Shown in pieces: positions 54,531 through 64,000 of a DNA stretch of 64,000 nucleotides. Origin of the DNA: Eledone cirrhosa (taxonomy: Eukaryota); NCBI GenBank assembly GCA_964016885.1, contig OZ024761.1, forward strand, positions 12,586,001 through 12,650,000, given 5' to 3'. Position 1 is the first letter of the stretch. Every line of letters begins with the position of its first letter. Under the pieces are notes generated by a model. The model was given only the letters and a program-made list of their open reading frames with translations. It ran no database searches and was not told the origin of the DNA. A program made the position numbers and the translations under genes.

Positions 54531-54850
54531 AATAAACCTTTCAAGGATTTACACCAATCCAGCCTCCTGTTATTTTATTTTATATATATATATTATAGAT
54601 TATGATATATACACACGTTTTCAGATAAAGAATCTTGGTAAACAAGTTCAGAAACGAAATATATATATATATATGTATATATATTATATATATTATATAT
54701 ATTATATATATATAACAAAGAAAGTGTGGTAAGGAACCAGGTGGACCATAACGCACCAGAGTACTCGATACTTGGGGTAGTAGAGTGGGTAATAGGAGAA
54801 GAGTCAGGAGAGTGTGTGTGTGTGAATGTATCTGTGTATGTGAGTGTGTG

Positions 54851-54885
<35 letters not shown>

Positions 54886-55743
54886 TGGTAACATGTAACC
54901 CAGTACAACCTCTCGCATGGTCGGTTCATCGGCGACTAAACTGGCAACCCCACCAAGTTTACTTGGTGGGGAGGGTGATTTTGGACACCCTGCAGGATAA
55001 AAAACAAAACCTGACAAAGGGCGGAAGAACTCATAACAGTCAACGGCCATCCAAAAATGTGTAAATATGTACATACACATGTACATGTGTGTGTATGTAT
55101 ATGCGTGTGTATATGCCTGGGGTGTCAGGGAGGGGCATGTCCCTCTGTAGGGAGGGCTAGCCATGCCATTTTCAGGACAGCTCGTCCTACATTGGGTCCC
55201 ACCTGACACTCAGCTCTCACCTGTGGCCCCAAGAAGCTGTAGCATGCAACAGCGGCCACATCCCGGTAAACCGCCTTGGCTGGCGGACCCAACCAGGTTG
55301 AGGGTAGCAGGACGGGTCTGAAACCCCCCCGGTGAGTTAGATAGGGGGTGCTTGCCCCTGCATGCGAAGACTGGAGCCGGCGGAGTGAGTGGAGGAGGAC
55401 AACATTGTCCCAACAGTCACAAAGGCGGCGACAGCAAGCTGTGTGGAGCGCTGGGGCACGGCAAGGCACTAGAGACGTCGTGGCCCTCCACTGCAGCCAA
55501 GGAAGTCCCTGGTCGTGACGGTCCTCCGTACCACTGGATTCTGGCTTCTGCGGCCGAGGTACTGAGTTAAGTTCAACAGTACGTCCTCATCAGATAAAAT
55601 AAGATGATGCATGACATACCCTGACATAGTAGATGGTTAAGATTCAGTCATGGTTGTGAGTAAGATATGACAAAACTCAATATTTATACCCTAATATTGA
55701 GAACGTTCTTTGATGTATTCATTGAACCTTGTTTAACTTTTAA

Positions 55744-55784
<41 letters not shown>

Positions 55785-55959
55785 AGATTGTATACATATA
55801 AATATATACGACTTGACAGTATCTATTTATATATATATATATATGCAGAGGTTATATTTAATTTGTTGGGATTCAGCAAGCTTAAACATTTTTATAACTG
55901 ATATAAAGCACTCAACAGAATATGTCAATATTTATTTATAAAACTAATTCTGTATTGTA

Positions 55960-56021
55960 TTTTATCTGATGAAAGTGCACCATAATTTGCCTTGGTGGCC
56001 CTTGAAATATGTATAATAAAA
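55960..56021 (+). ncRNA. Minimal type I hammerhead motif
   Basis: ttttat-CTGATGA-[cacca..tggtg]-GAA-A tatgta T-A-ataaaa. Confidence 0.55.
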
Positions 56022-56060
56022 AAATATGGTTTTATAAATATAGTTTCCATTTGTTAATAT

Positions 56061-56113
<53 letters not shown>

Positions 56114-56208
56114 CGGTATCTTTATAAAAATGTATTTTAAATATATAATTTTTAAACCTATGGCTTCTTTGTGGTTATCTCCCTTGTATTAAACAAGTTG
56201 GGCGTTAT

Positions 56209-56221
56209 GTTGCCTAGCAAC
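56209..56221. promoter_or_regulatory. RFX X-box
   Basis: GTTGCCTAGCAAC, a perfect palindromic X-box/EF-C consensus in a short non-repetitive island. Confidence 0.5.
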
Positions 56222-56717
56222 AACGATAACGCAACGAATTCCGACAATCTTGATTAGACAGAAACATAAAAATATATAGTAATATATAGAACGATGCAGA
56301 GATTAAGTGAAAATATAACATTCCACATTTATTTTTAAAAAATATTTCAAATTTCGGGAAATCTTCTCTAATTTTAATTAATAGTTTTTTTAATTCTTTT
56401 TTTATTTAATTTAAAACCGTAGCCCTAAATATTGTTGTTCACCTGACTGAGAGTGAGAAAGAGAGATAGAGGCAGTTGGACTTGTTTCTCTTGTCGTCAA
56501 ACATTAACAGAATTATTTAATATCTTAACTAAAAATACTGTAAGTTTTTTTTCTTCTATTATTGTTATTATCACATCATATCATATATTTTATTTAAATG
56601 TCTGCAATGGTTGGTGGAGGTTATTTTTATTCGATCTGAATGCGGTGTTAATATAGTAATATAGTAATAGTGTCATTTGTAATTATTTACCTACGTTTCC
56701 ATTTTTAAATAGATATA

Positions 56718-56752
<35 letters not shown>

Positions 56753-56804
56753 ATTGAAATTGAGATGATTTATTTCGATTCATTTATAACCTGTTTTATA
56801 TATA

Positions 56805-56840
<36 letters not shown>

Positions 56841-57767
56841 GATATAGATAGGTAAATATACACGGGTGTGTATGATTGTGTATAGAAGATTATATTAATA
56901 AGAGGAATTCCAACTTTGTCTGATTTACTCGTTTTATTTACAATCCTTTAAAATATATATAATGGTATTATAATGAAAAAGTATGATAGAATATTAAATT
57001 CTAAGTGTTAATTGACATATATATATATATATGTGTGTGTACTCTTGTGTTGTTGTTTTTTACTTTCCTATATAATATATATATATATATATATATATCT
57101 AAACAGAACATATAAATAAATTTACAGTAGAATAACATAACAAATATGTTTTAAATATATACATAAATAGCATTTCAAATGCTTCGGTAACACTATAAAG
57201 GATGATACGATGAAAGATATATTCTTTTAATATTACAATATTAAAGAAAATGTATATATACAAATGCACACAAACATGTATATATATATATATATATATA
57301 TACACTCACACAGGCTCATACACACACACATATATATATTTATGTGTATGCAAGTGTATATGTATAGACGTGTGTACGTATGTGTATATTTTAATCTAAG
57401 CGACGGTGCCCTGTTTATCCGGTGGAGTCAGTAAAAATAAATCAGTGTGTCGCCTTGATTTCTAAATTAAATATTTATTTAAGGACAATTTTCAATGACT
57501 TTTATTATAACCATTATTCCTCCTGTGTGTACTTATATATATATATATACAGATATATATATATATATATGCCTGTGTGCGTTGCCCTTTCATGGTGCAT
57601 AAGTTGCTGTTTGAAGAAACTGCAGGGCATTCGTGGTATGTGTAAAATGGTCCAAGCTTGGATTTTGCTTCGTCATGGCATGTAGTAACTCCTGCCACTC
57701 ACTCTCTCTCTTCCTCTCATAACACATTTATATGTTACATCCACATATACACACACATATGCGTGTA

Positions 57768-57816
<49 letters not shown>

Positions 57817-57832
57817 CGACATATATAGACAA

Positions 57833-57878
<46 letters not shown>

Positions 57879-58310
57879 CGACATATATAGACAAACACAC
57901 ACACACACATATATATATATGCATACACAAATGCTTTGCATTCTAATAAATATTGTCTCTACAGGTGATCAAAGTGTGCATACATTTTTGGGGGGGACAC
58001 CCTGTGTGTATATATATATATATATATGAAAAATCGGGACCCCCGACGGCTGAGCTCCTGCCGTTTAAACAGATAAATCCGAATTATATTATATATATAT
58101 ATATATACCACCTCCGGCCTGTCTGGTCAGTAACCCCCGCTTCAGTGCTGTCTTGGTCTATCTAGGCCCACCTGTCCAACCCATGCTAGCAGGGAAAGAT
58201 GACGACGATGATGATGAATTCGTTATATATTTATATGTATATATATATATATAACAGTATATATATATATATATATATATAACAGTATATATATATATAT
58301 ATATATAACA

Positions 58311-58354
<44 letters not shown>

Positions 58355-58357
58355 CAG

Positions 58358-58395
<38 letters not shown>

Positions 58396-58972
58396 ACAGT
58401 ATATATATGTATATATATATATATAACGGTGTATATATATATATATATATATATAACGGTGTATATATATATATATATATATAACAGTGTATATGTATAT
58501 ATATATATATATATATATAACAGTGTATATGTATATATATATATATATATATATAACAGTGTATATGTATATATATATATATATATATAACAGTGTATAT
58601 GTATATATATATATATATATAACAGTGTATATGTATATATATATATATAACAGTGTATATGTATATATATATATATATAACAGTGTATATGTATATATAT
58701 ATATATATATAACAGTATATATATATATATATATATAACAGTATATATATATATATAAGTGTATATATATAACAGTATATATATATATATATATAAGTGT
58801 ATATATATATATATATAACAGTGTATATATATATAAGTGTATATATATATATACATATATATAACAGTGTATATATATATATAACAGTGTATATATATAT
58901 ATATATATAACAGTATATATATATATAACAGTATATATATATATATAACAGTATATATATATATATATAACA

Positions 58973-59004
<32 letters not shown>

Positions 59005-59008
<4 letters not shown>

Positions 59009-59790
59009 CAATGTTGCATGGCAGTGAGACCTGGGCATTGTGTGCGGAGGATATACGCAGACTGGAGAGTAACAAAGCTTGCATGCTCCGCTGGATGTGT
59101 AATAGTAATATACGCAAACGGCAAAGCATAAACGAACTAAGGGAAAAATTAGAAATAAGAGGGATCAGATGTTGTTTAATCGAGAGAAGGCTACGTTGGT
59201 ATGGACACGTGATGCGCATGAAAGACGACAGCTGTATAAAAAAGTGCAGGGCAATAAAGATAGACGGTAGCCACGGAGTAGGCAGACCCAGAAAAACCTG
59301 GGACGACCTGATAAATTCCGACCTCACACACTTGCACCTCTCCAAGACAATGTCACTGGACCGAGATCTTTGGCGGTACTCAGTAATAGAGAAGACCCGC
59401 CTTACCTGAATACAAAGTAAAACCTACTACAGTCAGTAGGCATCTCTAACAAAACATACCCCCGTCCCACCAACCCCACCCCATCCACACCGCCCCTTTC
59501 TATGTAAAGTTATGTTGGTGCCACAACATCCAGGCCGAAACAAATGAGGTCGTGTAGGTGTCACGACAAAAAACACAGTCCACGCTGTAATGTGGCCGTG
59601 TAGGCAACACGGCAAAAACCTCCCAGTCCGACACTGTAAATGTGGTTGGTGTTGGGAAGGGCATCCAGCTGTAGAAAAACCGCCAGACAGTCCTATGCGA
59701 GCAAGACAACCACTCTTGCCTCAAGTGGGAAAACTCCCGTCCAAACCCATGCAAGCGTCTAACATGGACGTTAAACGATGATGATGATGA
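59005..59790 (+). mobile_element. RTE-clade LINE 3' end with 3'UTR and (ATG)n tail
   Basis: MLHGSETW...MLRWMC...[10 protein letters not shown]...GRPRKTW; ends ggacgttaaacgatgatgatg. Confidence 0.82.
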
Positions 59791-60464
59791 TATATATATA
59801 ACAGTATATATATATATATATATATAACAGTATATATATATATATATATATAACAGTATATATATATATATATACATACAACTGTATATATATTTATGTA
59901 TATATATATACATACAACTGTATATATATATATATACATACAACTGTATATATATATATATACATACAACTGTATATATATTTATGTATATATATATACA
60001 TACAACTGTATATATATATATACATACAACTGTATATATATTTATGTATATATATATATATATATACATACAACTGTATATATATTTATGTGTATATATA
60101 CATACAACTGTATATATATTTATGTGTATATATACATACAACTGTATATATATTTATGTGTATATATACATACAACTGTATATATATTTATGTGTATATA
60201 TACATACAACTGTATATATATTTATGTATATATGTACATACAACTGTATATATATATATACATACAACTGTATATATATATATATGTATATATATATACA
60301 TACAACTGTATATATATATATATATATACATACAACTGTATATATATATATATACATATACATACAACTGTATATATATATATATACATACAACTATATA
60401 TATACATACAACTATATATATACATACAACTGTATATATGTATATATATATATATACAACTGTA

Positions 60465-60504
<40 letters not shown>

Positions 60505-60625
60505 ACTGTATATATGTACAACTGTATATATATATATATACAACTGTATATATATATACAACTGTATATATATATATATATATATATATACAACTGTATA
60601 TATATATATATATATATATATACAA

Positions 60626-60656
<31 letters not shown>

Positions 60657-61344
60657 CAACTGTATATATATATATATATATATATACAACTGTATATATA
60701 TATATATATATATACAACTGTATATATATATATATATATATACAACTGTATATATATATATATATATACAACTGTATATATATATATATATACAACTGTA
60801 TATATATATATATATACAACTGTATATATATATATATATATACAACTGTATATATATATATATATATACAACTGTATATATATACAACTGTATATATATA
60901 TATATATACAACTGTATATATATATATATATATACAACTGTATATATATATATATATACAACTGTATATATATATATATATACAACTGTATATATATATA
61001 TATATACAACTGTGTATATATATATATATATATACAACTGTGTATATATATATATATATATATACAACTGTGTATATATATATATATGTACAACTGTGTA
61101 TATATATATATATATGTACAACTGTGTGTATATATATATATATATGTACAACTGTGTGTATATATATGTACAACTGTGTATATATATATACAACTGTATA
61201 TATATATATACAACTGTATATATATATATACAACTGTATATATATATATACAACTGTATATATATATATACAACTGTATATATATAGATATACAACTGTG
61301 TATATATATATATATACAACTGTATATATATATATATACTACAT

Positions 61345-63085
61345 ATATACTACATCAAGAAATGGCAACCATCAACCACATAGACATAACGGAGGAGGAT
61401 GTGGTGTACGCCATTGATGAAATTAGAACAGACTCGGCTGCTGGACCTGATGGATTCCCAGCAGTTCTCCTAAAAATATGTAAGCGGGCCTTAGCAACTC
61501 CACTGAAGATGCTCTTCAGAAGCTCCTTGGCTAGCGGTGTACTACCCAGGGAGCTGAAAGAAGGCACAATATGCCCTATCCATAAAGGAGGTAGTAGAGC
61601 GGAGGCCAAGAACTATAGGCCAGTCTCCCTGACGTCGCATATCAGTAAGGTCATGGAGCGAGTCGTCAGAAAGAAACTAATCACTTTCCTCGAAGAAAAT
61701 GACCGCCTGACTAGCACGCAACATGGCTTCTGCCCAGGAAGAAGCTGCCTTACACAGCTGCTACATCACTACAACTGGGTACTGAGACAACTACTAGACA
61801 GCTCACATGTAGACGTGATATATCTTGACTTTGCGAAGGCCTTTGACAAGGTCGACCACGGAATGATATGTCACAAACTACACGGACTCGGCATAACTGG
61901 AAAAGTAGGTGAGTGGCTGCATGGCTTCCTAAGGGACAGAAGCCAGGCAGTCGCAGCAAATGGGGCCCTCTCGAGGGAAACACCGATAACAAGTGGGGTG
62001 CCTCAGGGGACAGTCCTGGGACCACTACTGTTTTTGGTGGCTCTCTCGGACATGCCCTCTGTGGTGCATGCAACAACATCCCTCACTAGCTATGCTGATG
62101 ACACTAAGGTAGCACAGGCAATCAAAAACCCGGCTGACGCTGCCCTCTTACAGCAGGATCTGGATGCCATATACAGATGGGCGGAAGAAAACAACATGCA
62201 GTTTAATGCTGGCAAATTCCAAGCCCTACAATACAAACCTGCAAACACAAACACAAATATAGCGGAACACAGCTACACAGGACCAGGAGGGACCGATATC
62301 CCCGTGTCAAAATCGATACGAGACCTGGGCATAGACATGAGCGATGATGCATCTTTTTCTTCACACATCATGAAGGTGGCGACAGCATGTAGACGATTCG
62401 CTGGCTGGATCTTGAGGACTTTCCTTACAAGAGATCGAGACACCATGTTGACACTGTGGAGGACTTTTGTCCTAAGCTGCCTGGACTACTGCTCCCAGCT
62501 GTGGTCACCCCATAGTGTCAAACTAACCACGGAGCTTGAGGCAATCCAGCGAAGCTACACCAAGAGGATTGCCAAGATGAGGGAGACAAGCTACTGGGAG
62601 AGGCTGAAGGAACTGAACCTCTACTCCTTGGAGCGAAGACGGGAGAGATACGCAGTGATCTACATGTGGAAAATCCTGGAGGGACTAGCACCAAACTTTG
62701 GCATTGGGAGCTGGACCAACCGTCGAACAGGACGTCACTGTGTGGTGCCAAAGGTCCTGTCTTCCACATCTAGAATAAGGAGCAGGTATTGCAATAGCCT
62801 GGGATTCAAGGGCCCTCAACTCTTCAACAGGCTGCCGAGGCATCTGCGAGACTTGCATGACGTGGAGGTGGATGTCTTTAAGAAACATCTCGACACCTTG
62901 TTATCCAGGATCCCGGATGAGCCCACAGCAAGACACGAGGGAAACCTAAGGGCAGCAGCAACAAACTCCCTCCTACACCAGTGGCCAACCTATACAGGCT
63001 GGAGATAAAATGTGTAGCAACAAGGGCGGTGCCCCAGCATGGCCTCAGCCGGATGGCTGAAACAGGTAAAAGAGTAAAAGAGTAA
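61345..63085 (+). mobile_element. 5'-truncated CR1/L2-group LINE with open RT frame
   Basis: [57 protein letters not shown]; stop at 63008; short 3'UTR ending in (GTAAAAGA) repeats. The upstream part of the 972-aa ORF is microsatellite. Confidence 0.9.
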
Positions 63086-63107
63086 CTGTATATATATATA
63101 CATACAA

Positions 63108-63150
<43 letters not shown>

Positions 63151-63203
63151 ACTGTATATATATATATATACAACTATATACAACTGTATATATATATATA
63201 TAC

Positions 63204-63238
<35 letters not shown>

Positions 63239-63377
63239 ACTGTATATATATATATATATATATATACAACTGTATATATATATATATACAACTGTATATA
63301 TATATATATACAACTGTATATATATATATATACAACTGTATATATATATATATACAACTGTATATATATATATATAC

Positions 63378-63424
<47 letters not shown>

Positions 63425-63606
63425 ACTATGTATAAATATATATATACAGTTGTATATATATATACAGTTGTATATATATACAACTATGTATATATATATA
63501 TATACAGTTGTATATATATATATATACAGTTGTATATATATATACAGTTGTATATATATACAACTATGTATATGTATATATATACAACTATGTATATGTA
63601 TACAAC

Positions 63607-63644
<38 letters not shown>

Positions 63645-64000
63645 ACTATGTATATATATATATACAACTATGTATATATATATATATATATATATACAAC
63701 TATGTATATATATATATACAACTATGTATATATATATATACAACTGTATATATATATATACAACTGTATATATATATACAGTTGTATATATATATATCTA
63801 TATATACAGTTGTATATATATATATATATATATACAGTTGTATATATATACAACTGTATATATATATATATACAACTGTATATATATATATATATATACA
63901 ACTGTATATATATATATATATATACAACTGTATATATATATATATATACAACTGTATATATATACATATATACAACTGTATATATATATATATATATACA

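Larger units (their letters stand above)
44775..54575. mobile_element. Inverted-repeat element with hammerheads (Penelope-like pseudo-LTR type), right arm split by nested LINEs
   Basis: 44775-44885 is the reverse complement of 54466-54575; 44890-44955 is the reverse complement of ~47052-47120. Internal ~0.5 kb direct duplication (45258-45757 / 45760-46270). Confidence 0.65.
58225..64000. repeat. TA-based compound microsatellite field (ataacagt / tacaactgta motifs) interrupted by RTE and CR1 fragments
   Basis: Tracts at 58225-59005, 59790-61345 and 63085-64000. Confidence 0.95.

Noticed and set aside
54466-54544. N-terminus MKGLLYYDHF... of the 344-aa RT ORF
   Set aside because: Belongs to the flanking inverted-repeat arm (antisense of the hammerhead); chance in-frame junction.
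60090-61345. N-terminal extension of the 972-aa ORF suggesting a novel RT fusion
   Set aside because: Microsatellite read-through in frame with a 5'-truncated LINE.

Overview
Eukaryotic, AT-rich, microsatellite-dense genomic DNA. The SINE/LINE complement and (TA)n/(CA)n load look like an octopus or other coleoid cephalopod (inference). Two convergent multi-exon genes can be spliced by hand with consistent GT-AG phases. INO80B (PAPA-1/zf-HIT subunit of the INO80 complex) is on +, with 9 exons at 4377-16302; its first coding exon was not found. A Deltex E3 ligase (WWE-WWE, polyQ/Gly/His linker, RING-H2, DTC; 1089 aa) is on -, with 9 coding exons at 42447-25096. Upstream of Deltex is a three-layer nest: a full-length ~6.0 kb Tx1/L1-group LINE with intact ORF2 sits in the (ATT)n tail of a truncated CR1-group LINE, which in turn splits one arm of an inverted-repeat element whose two arms each carry a minimal type I hammerhead ribozyme. 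Six hammerhead-fold motifs (CUGAUGA...GAAA...NUH with pairing stem I) occur in the window, in at least four unrelated repeat contexts; they are probably Penelope-like pseudo-LTR derivatives. The rest is tRNA-derived SINEs, RTE and CR1 fragments, TTAA MITEs, long fold-back repeats and many minisatellites. Several minisatellites are amplified pieces of TEs or of splice sites. Most long ORFs in the supplied track are repeat artefacts. No CRISPR, rRNA or tRNA genes are supported.
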